From an uncultured Chloroflexia bacterium (lineage in GTDB: Bacteria > Chloroflexota > Limnocylindria > QHBO01), in contig CAWGTN010000002.1 of NCBI GenBank assembly GCA_963825525.1, forward strand, positions 1,728,001 through 1,792,000: a DNA stretch of 64,000 nucleotides. Direction: 5' to 3'. Made by a program: the position numbers and the translations under genes. Below the pieces are notes generated by a model. That model made no database searches, was not told the origin of the DNA, and was given only the letters and a program-made list of their open reading frames with translations. Shown piece after piece: positions 39,972 through 50,020 of the stretch (position 1 is its first letter; each line of letters begins with the position of its first letter).

Positions 39972-41972
39972 TCGCTGGCGACCAGCTGCGGTGCCTCGGC
40001 CTCGGCGAGCTCGGTACGCATCCGTTCAAGCTCCTGCTCGATGGCGTCAGCGCGGTCGCGGAGCGCGTTGTGACGTTCGACCAGGCGCTTGACGGCCGAG
40101 GAGTCCCCGTAGGTCGATGGGTCTGCCAGCTGGTCCGTGATGGTGGCCAGCTCCGCTTCGCACGGCCGTCGCCTCGGTCTCGGTACGCGACAGGGTGGAC
40201 CGCAGGTCGCGCGTCCGGCGATGGCGGGCGTTGCGGGCCTCGGCCTCTTCCCGCTTGCGCGTGGCCGCGTCCGCCGAGGATTCGCGCGCCCTGGGTGCAG
40301 GTGCCACGACACCACGTGGCGTCGACCGCGCACCCTCCACGGCCCCGCGTGTCTCGATATCGACCCCTCGCTTGGCGGCGTAATACTCGAAGTCACCCGG
40401 GTACACGCTGGCCTCCCCGTCGTTGACCTCGATGATCATGTTGGCCACGCTGCGAATCAGGTAGCGGTCGTGGGTGATCAGGACAACGGTCCCGCTGAAC
40501 GCGTTCAACGCATCCTCGAGGACGTCGCGCGACTGGATGTCCAGGTGGTTGGTCGGCTCGTCGAGGCAGAGCAGGTTGGCCGGATCGGCGAGCAGCTTGG
40601 CGAGCGCCAGCCGCGTCTGCTCGCCTCCCGACAGGACGCCCACCCGCTTGTCGACGGCCGATCCGCTGAACAGGAAGGCGCCGAGCAGCTTGCGCATGTC
40701 GGTCGTCGACATCATCGGCGCCGCGTCGTTGAGCTCGTTGAAGACGGTGTTCTCCGGATTGAGGGCCTCGATCTGGTGCTGGGCGAAGTACGCGACCCGC
40801 ACGTTGGATCCGAGCTCCCGCGTGCCGCCCTCGAACGGCAGGACACCGGCCAGGATCTTCAGCAGGGTCGATTTGCCCGCACCGTTGGGGCCGATCAGGG
40901 CCACTTTCTGGCCGCGCTCGAGCTGCAGGTCCAGGTCCCCGGCGTAGACGACGTTCTCGCCGTACCGCTTCTCGATGTCGCTGAGCGTGATGACGGTCCG
41001 CCCGCTTCGCGGCGGTTCCGGGAATCTGAACTTCACGGACCGGGCACGGGCTCCGGGCGATGCCACACGGTCCAGCTTCTCGAGAGCCTTGACGCGAGAT
41101 TGGACCTGGCGCGCCTTCGACGCCTTGTATCGGAAGCGGTCGATGAACGCCTGGGTGTGGGCGATCTTTCGCTGCTGGTTCTTGGCCGCCGCCTCCAACT
41201 GCGCCATGCGCTCCGTGCGCTGCTCAACGAAGTCGGCGTAGTCACCCACGTACTCGGTCGCGGACGTGTCGTGGAGCTCCAGGACGCGGTTGGCCACCTC
41301 GTTGATGAAGTCGCGATCGTGGCTGACCAGAACGATGGCCCCCGCATACACGGCAAGGAATCCCTGGAGCCACTCGACCGATGCCAGGTCGAGGTGGTTG
41401 GTGGGCTCGTCGAGGAGCAGGACGTCGGGGTTCTGGAGCAGCAGGCGCGCGAGGGCCACCCGCATCATCCATCCGCCGCTGAACTCGCCCATGTCGCGCT
41501 CCATGTCCGACTCGGCGAATCCCAGGCCGGCCAGGATGCGGCGCGCCTCCGACTCGAGGCCGTACCCGCCGAGTGCCTCGAAGCGGTGCTGGAGGCGACC
41601 GTACTCATCCATCAGCTCGGCCAGCTCTTCCTCGTCCGCGGCGTCCTCAAGCTCCGTCTCGATGTGGCGCATGCGGCGCTCGATGCCGCTCACCTCCCCG
41701 GCCCCGGCCATGACCTCGGCCAGCACGCTCCGTCCGCGGGTTTCGGCAACTTCCTGGCGCAGGTAGCCGATGACGGTCTCCCGAGCGCGGGTGATCGTGC
41801 CGGCGTCCGGCTCCTGATCGCCGGTGATGAGCTCGAGCAGCGTCGTCTTGCCGGCCCCGTTGGGCCCGACGATCGCAATGCGGCGGCCGGCGCTGATCAT
41901 CAGGCCGACGTCGCTGAAGAGATGTTGCGCGGCATGGCTCTTCGCCACGCCCGCGATGGTCACCAGGCTCAC
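39968..41972 (-). CDS. ABC-F ATPase; C-terminal coiled coil interrupted by a +1 frameshift near 40160 (probable sequencing error)
   Basis: Two GPNGAGK(T/S)[19 protein letters not shown] x2; tail [15 protein letters not shown] continues in the next frame to TGA at 39968, overlapping the EamA start. Confidence 0.9.
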
Positions 41973-42028
41973 TGCCCAATCGTACCGGGCGAGAGCATCA
42001 TCGGCCTGCAGCACCGTAGGATTAGCGA

Positions 42029-42523
42029 ATGGTCCAGGACGGATCGATCCTCTACGACGTCTACGTACTCAACCGAGCGGTCGGCGAGCTGCTCGAGGCG
42101 GGCTTTGCCGATGCGCCGCTCACTCCGGCCGAGTACGCGGTCTACAGCTACGTGGTCGAGCGCGATCCGGTGACCCCGTCCGAGGTCAGCCACGCGTTGA
42201 GCATGCCACGCCAGACGGTGAGCGACTGGGTGGCGCTGCTGCGAGAGCGCGGCCACATCCGCGTCGAAACCAATCCGGCCGATCGCCGCTCACAGCTCAT
42301 CACCATGACGCCCGCTGGCCGCCGAGCCCACCGGGCGACGAACCGTCGCTTCGAGGAGGTGTACCGCCGCTTCATCGATCGGCTGCCGCGGCCGGAGGCC
42401 GAGGTGCGGACGGCGCTATCCGAGCTGGTCGAGGCCGCACGTGTCGCCCGCGGGGAGCACGAGGCGCCGCTTCAGGGAGCGCTGAGCACGGCATCGAGTC
42501 CCACGTCCCGGCCCGCGAAGTAG
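42029..42523 (+). CDS. MarR family regulator
   Basis: LT.AEY.V, TVS..V..L..RG.I.....P.DRRS..I..T..G. Confidence 0.88.
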   Translation: MVQDGSILYDVYVLNRAVGELLEAGFADAPLTPAEYAVYSYVVERDPVTPSEVSHALSMPRQTVSDWVALLRERGHIRVETNPADRRSQLITMTPAGRRAHRATNRRFEEVYRRFIDRLPRPEAEVRTALSELVEAARVARGEHEAPLQGALSTASSPTSRPAK

Positions 42524-43755
42524 TCGGCCGAACGGTACTCGACCGGGAGATCCGGATCGATCGTCAGGCGTGGATCATCGGGGACGCTCTTCTGCCAGTA
42601 GCGGGTGCTGATGCCGATCCGCATCGGAATCGGCAGGTGCTCGAACTCCATGAAGCGGACGTCGTTCCAGAAGTTGAGCCCGCCCCCCATGCCCTCGCCG
42701 GCGAACCGCGTCTCCCGGGCCTGTTCGAGCTCGGTCGCGAGGTTGCCGGCGGCCGAGAACGTGCGGCGGTCAGTGAGGACCCAGAGCGGCAGATCGGCGT
42801 CGCGGAGGATGCTGCGCAGCACCTGGTAGGTGCCGTTGTCGCCGCCGGGGTTGTGACGGAGATCGAGGATGATCCGCGTCAGCGTCGGGTGCTCCAGGCG
42901 TCCACGCAGCTCCTCGAGATCCGAGGCCGGGACCGGGCGCACCTGCGTCAGCCGCACATACAGGGTCTGCTGGGCAAGCGTCTCGATCCAGAAGTTCCTC
43001 GAGAAGTCGGTGAACCGCAGGCCATCCTGCTCGGGGAGGTGGATGAGCCCGAACGGACCGCCGAAGGTGGCGTACTCGGAGAACGGGATCGTGGTGACGA
43101 CGGTGGTCGAGCCCTCGCCTGACCGCTCGACGGTGAGCTCTATCGATCGATCGCTCTCCACCAGCCCGAGGCCCTGGAGCACGTCTGCCCGCAGCAGGTA
43201 GAACGGGCGCAGCCCCGGCACCGTCGCCGGTGAGTCGCGCGGGACCAGGGGCTCGAGCAGGTCGAGCACCTCGTCGATGGGGTGGCCCGCCACCATGGTG
43301 ATGCGGGCACCGATGAGGCCCGGGTCGACCGCATCGGTGACGAACACACCGTCGGCAAACTCGAAGACGCGGATCGGCAGCATGGGTCCATCGCCGGTCG
43401 GGATGGCGAGCTGGTGGCCGTCGCGTCCGTCCTCGCGACTGAGCGTGGCCACGAGTCGCATGATCTCGACCATCGTCTCCTCGGGCGACCGATCACCAAG
43501 GTGTGTCTGGATGTCTTCGAGGGTGGCAACGAACTCGTCGCGATCGGTGCCGTGGAAGGGCTCCGGGTGGATGCGTTCGAGCGCCTCGAGGTAGTCGTCG
43601 AGATCCGTCGCGGCAGCTGCCGTGTCCTCCGGGACACTCGATGGGGCGGCCGTCTCAGATGGGGCTGGGGAGCGGGACACTGTCGCGGACGGCGACGGCG
43701 CGGCCCCGCAGGCACTCAGGAGCGCCGCCACGATCAGGAGACGGATGCCACGCAT
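42472..43755 (-). CDS. S41-like peptidase lipoprotein
   Basis: Lipobox LSAC; DGH, ILDLRHNPGGD, TFSAA, GE..GG, I.PD; TACTAT -10 7 nt before ATG. Confidence 0.78.
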   Translation of the reverse strand: MRGIRLLIVAALLSACGAAPSPSATVSRSPAPSETAAPSSVPEDTAAAATDLDDYLEALERIHPEPFHGTDRDEFVATLEDIQTHLGDRSPEETMVEIMRLVATLSREDGRDGHQLAIPTGDGPMLPIRVFEFADGVFVTDAVDPGLIGARITMVAGHPIDEVLDLLEPLVPRDSPATVPGLRPFYLLRADVLQGLGLVESDRSIELTVERSGEGSTTVVTTIPFSEYATFGGPFGLIHLPEQDGLRFTDFSRNFWIETLAQQTLYVRLTQVRPVPASDLEELRGRLEHPTLTRIILDLRHNPGGDNGTYQVLRSILRDADLPLWVLTDRRTFSAAGNLATELEQARETRFAGEGMGGGLNFWNDVRFMEFEHLPIPMRIGISTRYWQKSVPDDPRLTIDPDLPVEYRSADYFAGRDVGLDAVLSAP

Positions 43756-43806
43756 GCCGGGCATAGTACTCCGGCGCCGGACTACTCGCGAGCGAGTCGC
43801 GCGACA

Positions 43807-44715
43807 CTACTCGGATGTGAGCCGGGCACCCGCGGTGTCGAACCGCAGCCTGGTCGCCATCCCCGGGACGGCGGAGGCGTTCCACGCCTTCTCGACGGCG
43901 TGCGCGGTCGCCGGCGCATCGCAGATGGCGAGGACTGCGGGGCCGGCGCCCGACAGGCACGCACCGGCCGCGCCCCGCTCGTAGGCGATGTCGATGAGCT
44001 CGCGGCTGCCGGCCAGATGGGGGAGCCGATATGGCTGATGGAGCTCGTCGACCATCGCGTTGCGCAGCAGGCTGGCATCGGCCGTCATGATCGAGGTCGC
44101 GAGCAGCGCGCTGCGACCCGCCTGGCGAGCCGCGGCTGCGTGGTCGATGGTTGTCGGGAGCGCGGCCCGCATCTGGTTGGTGCGGCTCTCGAGCTGCGGG
44201 ATGAAGGCGACCGGGATCCAGCCCTCGGGCGCATGAAACCGGCGCAGCGTCAACCGATCGAGGTCCGCGACGGCGATCGTGAACCCGCCGTACAACGCCG
44301 CGGCGACGTTGTCGGGATGGCCCTCCAGCGCGGCCGCCAGGGCGAGGAGCTCATCGGCCTCGACGGTTCGTCGGCCGACGGCGGCGCCCAGGACCACCCC
44401 TGCCACGATGGCGGCGGCGCTGCTGCCGAGCCCACGGGCCGCCGGGATCATGCTGGAGACCTCGATACGCCATGATCCGCTGCCGGCGGAGGACGCTCGC
44501 AGGCCCTCGCGGAAAGAGCGGATCAGCAGGTTGTCGTCCGCCTTCTCGTCGTCGGCCGGCGCTCCCTCGCCACGCGCGTCGAGCACGATGCCGGGCTCGT
44601 CCCCGTGCCACAGCTCGGCGCGCAGCTTCAACGACAGTGCGGCGGCGAAGCAATCGAAGCCGCTGCCGAGGTTGGCGCTCGAGGCGGGAACGTCGACGCT
44701 GGCGATGGGGGGCAT
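43807..44715 (-). CDS. thrB: Homoserine kinase
   Basis: VPASSANLG.GFD, IP.ARGLGSS, EGHPDN, LHQPYR, LSGAGP. Confidence 0.95.
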   Translation of the reverse strand: MPPIASVDVPASSANLGSGFDCFAAALSLKLRAELWHGDEPGIVLDARGEGAPADDEKADDNLLIRSFREGLRASSAGSGSWRIEVSSMIPAARGLGSSAAAIVAGVVLGAAVGRRTVEADELLALAAALEGHPDNVAAALYGGFTIAVADLDRLTLRRFHAPEGWIPVAFIPQLESRTNQMRAALPTTIDHAAAARQAGRSALLATSIMTADASLLRNAMVDELHQPYRLPHLAGSRELIDIAYERGAAGACLSGAGPAVLAICDAPATAHAVEKAWNASAVPGMATRLRFDTAGARLTSE

Positions 44716-44838
44716 GCGAGGGCGAGTATAGGGACGCGCGGTACGTCATCCGGCCGGTGTGCCGTGCGCGCAACGTCGAACGTCGGAGCGGGACGTCCAT
44801 CGGTGGAACGGACGCGCCACGGTTCGGACAATGCGGCC

Positions 44839-45315
44839 ATGTTGAACGCAACTCTCGCCGCGTCCTCTGTCGAGCCACGACCGCTCCGGCCGGATGTCGA
44901 ACGGGCGTTGCGCGACGACCCGGTCGTGTGGCTCAGCTCAGTCCAGTCGGACGGCAGGCCGCACGTGGTTCCGGTCTGGTTCTGGTGGGATGGAACCGCA
45001 ATTCTCGCGTTCAGCAAGCCACATGCGCGGAAGGTTGCGAACCTGAGGAACCAGCCCCGCGTGATGCTGGCGCTGGGGACCCCCGGCCCGGATTACGAGG
45101 TCGAGCTCATCGAGGCGGAGGCGGAGCTGCCAATGCTCGGATCCGCGGCGCTGATGCCGGACGCCTTTGGGCACAAGTACCGCGACCTGCTCGATCGAGC
45201 GGGCCTCAGCGCCGAACGCTTTGCCGAGGTATATGCGCAGCCGATCGTCATGCGACCGCGGCGATTCCTTGGCTACGGCGGATCCACGGCCGCGTCGTTG
45301 TCGCCCGCTGCCTGA
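44839..45315 (+). CDS. Pyridoxamine 5'-phosphate oxidase family (PPOX, possibly F420-dependent)
   Basis: WLSSV..DG.PH.VPVWF.WDG, K..NL..QPRV. Confidence 0.85.
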   Translation: MLNATLAASSVEPRPLRPDVERALRDDPVVWLSSVQSDGRPHVVPVWFWWDGTAILAFSKPHARKVANLRNQPRVMLALGTPGPDYEVELIEAEAELPMLGSAALMPDAFGHKYRDLLDRAGLSAERFAEVYAQPIVMRPRRFLGYGGSTAASLSPAA

Positions 45316-45324
45316 CGCCGGCAG

Positions 45325-45690
45325 TCAGGCGGACGGGCGGGCCACCTGCTCGACGGCGCCGATCAGGTCGTCGAATCCGAACGGCTTGGCGACGAAGGCC
45401 GACGCGGCAATCTCGGTGGCCCAGCGCGCCGCGTCCCTGGCCGCCGTCATCACCACGATCGGCGTTCCATGACCCCGGCGCCGAAGCTCGCCGGCAAACG
45501 CCCAGCCGTCCAGGACCGGCATGCGCATGTCGAGCAGGATGACGTCGGGCGGTCGCCGCTCGATGGCTTGCAGGGCATCGGCGCCGTTGGCCGCCTCGTC
45601 GACCGCATACCCTTCGATCTCGAGCATGGCGGTCACGGTCGCTCGGATGTCGGGCTCGTCGTCGACGACCAGGACACGAACGTCAGGCAT
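45325..45690 (-). CDS. Single-domain response regulator
   Basis: LVVDDE, LLDMRMP..DG, VMTA, KPF. Confidence 0.92.
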   Translation of the reverse strand: MPDVRVLVVDDEPDIRATVTAMLEIEGYAVDEAANGADALQAIERRPPDVILLDMRMPVLDGWAFAGELRRRGHGTPIVVMTAARDAARWATEIAASAFVAKPFGFDDLIGAVEQVARPSA

Positions 45691-47584
45691 CGGCCACCGC
45701 CTCGCCCCCGGCCTGTGCCGCCCATCGCGGCTCGTCGGTGGGTGGAGCAATCGTGGCGGGCGCGGGTTGCTCGAGCGGCAGGCTGACCATGAACGTGCTG
45801 CCTCCACCGGGCGTCTCCTCGAGCCAGATCCGCCCGTCATGCTCGTCAACGATGCGCCGGCAGATGTACAGGCCGAGGCCCATCCCGGTGTCGGTGATGC
45901 CCTGGGCATTGGAGGCACGGTAGAAGCGGTCGAAGATGCGATCCCGTTCCTTCTCCGGCACACCGACTCCGTGATCGATGACAGCGATGCACGCCTGCGC
46001 CCCATCGGCCCAAACCCTGAGCTCGGGGGGCGTGCCTCCGGCGCTGTACTTCAGGGCGTTCTCCAGGAGATTCTCGATGACCTGGTGGATCCGACCGGCG
46101 TCGACGCGGGCCATGACGGGCAAGTCGGTGGGGTGCGTCAGTACTCGCGCGCCGTTGTCCGCGTGCCGCTCTCGCACGGACTCGACCAGAGACGCGACGT
46201 CCTCCACGCTGCGGCTCATCGAAACGGCGCCGTCCTCCATCCGTTGGGCATCCAGGATCTCCCCGATGAGGTCACGCAGCCGGCGCGCCTCCTTCGCCAG
46301 GCGGGCGACGCCCGCCGGGTCGGCCCGCGCCGCAGGATCGCGCGCCACGCGCCGCTCGAGGAGCTCGGCCTGGCCGAGCACGACGGTGAGGGGCGTCCGC
46401 AGGTCGTGGGCAGCAGCCGAAAGGAACTCCTCCTTGAGCCGCGCGGCCTCCTCGCGGGCCTCGATCGCTCCAGCCTGCCGGGTCAGGCTCTGCGCCTCGA
46501 GCAGCATCCCGACCTGGTCGGCCAGCAGCTCGATGAGCCACACGTCGTCCTCGACGAAGATCGGCGCCCGGTCGGCGTAGATCGCCAGCGCGCCGATGCG
46601 TCGATCCCCGCGCGTGATGGGAGCGGCGATGACCGAGCGGGCACGACTGGATTCGTATCGTTCGGCGTTCTGCGGGTCGATGGACAGCGCGTCGCGAGCG
46701 ACGATCCGTCGCTGCTCGAGGTAGGCGCGCCCGGCGATGAACGCGTCGTCGGGATACTCAAGCACCTGGTCATCACGTGAGAAGTACCGGATCACGGATC
46801 TCGCCTGGTCGGCGATCCCGACGCTGGCACCGTCCGCGCCGGCCGCGATGGCGGCCGCCCGCTGCAGCTCGCCGATCACCGTCGCCTCGTCCGCAACGCC
46901 GACGAGATGCACCGAGCTTTCCAGGAAGAGGCGCAGGTCAGGCTCACGCCAGGCCTGCCGGATCCAGGACGGGGGCGCGAATCCAACGAAGAACGACAAG
47001 ACCGACGCCAGTCCGGCCAGCTGTGCCAGGACGTCAACGGCCAGTCCCTCGCTCGACGTGACGACCCTGGCGAGCACCAGCACCACGGCAGCGATGAACA
47101 GCACGGCCCCGAGCACGACGGCCCGCATTCGGCGTCGCGTGATGCCGCGAGACCGATTTGCGGCCTGGTTGAAGGCGTAGGCCGAGTATCCCCCGACCCC
47201 GACGAACCACGGAATGAGCAGGATCTCTACGACCTGCGGCCGCTCGGTCAGCACGAACCCCAGCGCCGCGATCACGAGGTAGACGGCCAGGCTCGCGGGG
47301 AGCAGGAAGCGTGGCGCGCCCATGAAGTCATCGACCAGCCGGATCATGGCGTAAGGTGCGGCGCCGAAGACGGCGAGAATCAGGGCCGTGGCGATCGGGT
47401 CACCGGTGGCGCCGAGCAGCCCGACCACGCGGCCGGCGACGACCGCCACCGCGATCGACCCGAACAAGAGGGCCGTGTCGAAGGTCGCGCGCGACGGACG
47501 GCGCACGGCATTGATCACCACGATTGCGAACAGGCACACGAAGAGCGCCTGAACGGTGGCGCTGAGCAATTCCAGGGCGGTCAA
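45683..47584 (-). CDS. Membrane sensor histidine kinase with GAF domain
   Basis: About 7 TM, GAF, AAHDLRTPL, NLLENALKYS, DHGVG, G.GLGL; start (TTG 47584) uncertain. Confidence 0.9.
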   Translation of the reverse strand: MTALELLSATVQALFVCLFAIVVINAVRRPSRATFDTALLFGSIAVAVVAGRVVGLLGATGDPIATALILAVFGAAPYAMIRLVDDFMGAPRFLLPASLAVYLVIAALGFVLTERPQVVEILLIPWFVGVGGYSAYAFNQAANRSRGITRRRMRAVVLGAVLFIAAVVLVLARVVTSSEGLAVDVLAQLAGLASVLSFFVGFAPPSWIRQAWREPDLRLFLESSVHLVGVADEATVIGELQRAAAIAAGADGASVGIADQARSVIRYFSRDDQVLEYPDDAFIAGRAYLEQRRIVARDALSIDPQNAERYESSRARSVIAAPITRGDRRIGALAIYADRAPIFVEDDVWLIELLADQVGMLLEAQSLTRQAGAIEAREEAARLKEEFLSAAAHDLRTPLTVVLGQAELLERRVARDPAARADPAGVARLAKEARRLRDLIGEILDAQRMEDGAVSMSRSVEDVASLVESVRERHADNGARVLTHPTDLPVMARVDAGRIHQVIENLLENALKYSAGGTPPELRVWADGAQACIAVIDHGVGVPEKERDRIFDRFYRASNAQGITDTGMGLGLYICRRIVDEHDGRIWLEETPGGGSTFMVSLPLEQPAPATIAPPTDEPRWAAQAGGEAVADA

Positions 47585-47651
47585 GGGCGCGCACGCACAC
47601 GAGTTCGACTCCGGACGCAGCACGCAGCGTGCCAGCGAGCAAGCGAACCGT

Positions 47652-48212
47652 TCATGTCGACACCTCGCCGTGGCGGAAGCAGCCGATGAGGTGGTCGTTC
47701 ACGAGGCCCGCTGACTGCATGAAGGCGTAGGCGATCGTCGGACCAACGAACTTGAACCCACGGCGGCGAAGGTCGGCGGAGAGGAGGCGCGACTCGACCG
47801 ATTCGGCGGGCACGTCGCCCAGGGTCTCCCATCGGTTCACGATAGGCGCGCCGTTCACGAAGCTCCAGAGGTGCTGCGCCGGGTCCTCCAGCTCGAGCCA
47901 TGCGTGCGCATTTCCGATGGCGGCATCCACCTTCGCCCGATTCCGCACGATGCGCGCGTCTCCGAGGAGCCGGTCGCGATCGTCGGCGCCATAGGCCGCG
48001 ACACGACGGGGCGCGAAGCCCTCGAACGCGGACCGATAGCCGTCGCGCTTGCGCAGGATCGTGATCCACGAGAGGCCCGCCTGTGCGCCCTCGAGGCACA
48101 GGAGTTCGAACAGTCGGTCCGAGTCCCGGATCGGAACTCCCCACTCATCGTCGTGGTATGCCACGTAGAGCGGGTCGTTGCCCGCCCACGGACATCGCTC
48201 AAGGCCAGTCAC
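47652..48212 (-). CDS. tag: DNA-3-methyladenine glycosylase I
   Basis: RCPW, YHDDEWG, LEGAQAGLSW, FVGPT, NDH..C. Confidence 0.95.
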   Translation of the reverse strand: MTGLERCPWAGNDPLYVAYHDDEWGVPIRDSDRLFELLCLEGAQAGLSWITILRKRDGYRSAFEGFAPRRVAAYGADDRDRLLGDARIVRNRAKVDAAIGNAHAWLELEDPAQHLWSFVNGAPIVNRWETLGDVPAESVESRLLSADLRRRGFKFVGPTIAYAFMQSAGLVNDHLIGCFRHGEVST

Positions 48213-49576
48213 AGGCCGAGGATCGCGCCCGCGATCAGGAAATAGGCCAGGAGCCCGGACCCGTCGATGATGGCCGAGATCAGCGGGACGCTCATTACGG
48301 CCGGGTCGATGCCCACGCGCTTGGCGAGCAGCGGGAGCGCGGAGCCGATAAGGGCCGAGAAGGCGCACGCCACGCCGAGCGTGAGCGAGACGACCGTCGC
48401 GATCCTCGGTTCGACGAGCACCGCGATCGGCCCAAAGGCGAGCAGTCCCAGGGCAGCGCCGAGCAGCAGCCCGGTGACTCCTTCGCGCAGAGCGACCCCG
48501 CGCAGGTCGTCCAGGCGCAGCTCACCGACAGCCACCGCACGAGTGATCGTGGTCGCCGACTGAGCCCCGGTGCTGCCGGCGGTGCCGATCACGAGCGGAA
48601 TGAAGAAGGTGAGGGTGACGGCAGCCTCCAGGGTGGATTCGAACGCGGCGAGAACATTGACCGTGACCGCGCCGGCCGCGATGAAGACCAGGAGCCATAC
48701 GATTCGGCTCCGCGCAATTTGGATGACCGAGGTGGCGAGATACGGCCGCCGGAGTGGCTCGGCCCCGCCCGTGCGCGCGAGGTCCTCCGTGTCCTCTTCC
48801 TCCAGGACCTCCATCGCGTCGTCAACTGTCACGATCCCGACAAGCCGATCCTCCGTGTCGACGATCGGCAGCGCCAAGAGGTCGGCCTCGCGGATGAGGC
48901 GCGACGCCTCTTCCTGGTCGGTATCGACCCGAGCGGAGTACACCTTGGTATCCATCAGGTCCCCGACCGCTGTTGATGGATCGGCCAGGACGAGATCGCG
49001 GAGGCCGAGGGCACCGACCAGCCGGCGACGATCGTCGGTCACCGGGAGGGCGTAGATCGTCTCGGCCGACCGACCAACGACCCGGAGTCGCTCCAGCGCC
49101 TCGCGTGCCGTCATGCCGGCACGCAGGCTGGCGACCTCGGGTGACATGAGCCGCCCCGCGGAGTCGGGCGGATATCCGAGCAGGGTGGACGTGAGCCGGC
49201 GCTCGTTGGCGGACAGCCCGGCTAGCAGGCGCCTCGCCACCTTGGCCGGCATCTCCTCGGTGAGGCGCGCGCGATCGTCGGGATCGAGCCCTTCGAACAG
49301 GTGGCGGACGTTCGAGTCCCGAAGACCGTCGAGCAGCTCCTGCTGAAGGGATGGGTCGAGCAGCTCGAAGACCTCGAGGGCCCGATCCTTGCTCAGCAGG
49401 CGGAACGGGACGGCGCGCTTCTCGCGCGGGAGGCGCGAGAGCTCCTCCGAGATGCGGACGACGTCGGCGTGGCCGAGCCAGCGATCGATCAGCTCGAGAT
49501 CTCCACCGTCGAGGAGATCGTCGAGCTCGATGGTCGGCACCGCGTCGGGCGTGCCGGTGAGGGTCGGTCGGGTCAC
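48209..49576 (-). CDS. mgtE: Magnesium transporter MgtE
   Basis: MgtE_N, SAGRLM + CBS pair, R..WL, F.P...G..G..G.QS, DPA..S.P......D; TATTCT -10 6 nt before GTG. Confidence 0.94.
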   Translation of the reverse strand: MTRPTLTGTPDAVPTIELDDLLDGGDLELIDRWLGHADVVRISEELSRLPREKRAVPFRLLSKDRALEVFELLDPSLQQELLDGLRDSNVRHLFEGLDPDDRARLTEEMPAKVARRLLAGLSANERRLTSTLLGYPPDSAGRLMSPEVASLRAGMTAREALERLRVVGRSAETIYALPVTDDRRRLVGALGLRDLVLADPSTAVGDLMDTKVYSARVDTDQEEASRLIREADLLALPIVDTEDRLVGIVTVDDAMEVLEEEDTEDLARTGGAEPLRRPYLATSVIQIARSRIVWLLVFIAAGAVTVNVLAAFESTLEAAVTLTFFIPLVIGTAGSTGAQSATTITRAVAVGELRLDDLRGVALREGVTGLLLGAALGLLAFGPIAVLVEPRIATVVSLTLGVACAFSALIGSALPLLAKRVGIDPAVMSVPLISAIIDGSGLLAYFLIAGAILGL

Positions 49577-49615
49577 CCCATGAGAATAGCCGCGCGGACC
49601 AGCCGAAACGTGAGA

Positions 49616-49640
49616 ACGCCCGGGCGGGGTGCCCGGGCGT
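49616..49640 (-). terminator. Hairpin, probable terminator of the 58-aa gene
   Basis: ACGCCCGGGC-5 nt-GCCCGGGCGT perfect 10-bp stem 15 nt after the stop; weak U-tract. Confidence 0.6.
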
Positions 49641-49655
49641 CGGATCGTGACTCGG

Positions 49656-49832
49656 TCAGGCGAGGGAGCCGGTTGCCCAGCGTGGCAGACGGGCGAGCCA
49701 CTCCAGCCTGCGGCGATCGTTCGGACGCATCGGCTCCGACTGGATCAGTCGCTGACGTCGCCGCTTCTCGATTACGAGGCGGCGCTCCTCCTCGACTGAC
49801 TCGGCGAGCATCAGGACGGCGATGGGATGCAT
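49656..49832 (-). CDS. Unannotated 58-aa basic protein
   Basis: AAAGGAGG RBS; MHPIAVLMLAESVEEERRLVIEKRRRQRLIQSEPMRPNDRRRLEWLARLPRWATGSLA*; downstream hairpin; below the ORF-track cutoff. Confidence 0.7.
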   Translation of the reverse strand: MHPIAVLMLAESVEEERRLVIEKRRRQRLIQSEPMRPNDRRRLEWLARLPRWATGSLA

Positions 49833-50020
49833 CGTCGCCTCCTTTCGTGAGCTGCGTCGCGTTCCGTGCGCGTGGGCCGATCAGCCCATGCTGCGAGAAT
49901 GCCGGTCCGGGGGCTGCCGCGCGCCTGCCGTGAGTCGTACGCCCGACCCCGATGTTGTGCCGAGTGGCAGGTACGTCATTCGTCCACGGCGACCCGACCG
50001 CGAGCGCATATGCTGTGCCC

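Noticed and set aside
49577-49900. M-box riboswitch or leader-peptide attenuator for mgtE
   Set aside because: No M-box features recognised; mgtE has its own leaderless -10 downstream of the hairpin, so the small ORF looks like an independent gene.
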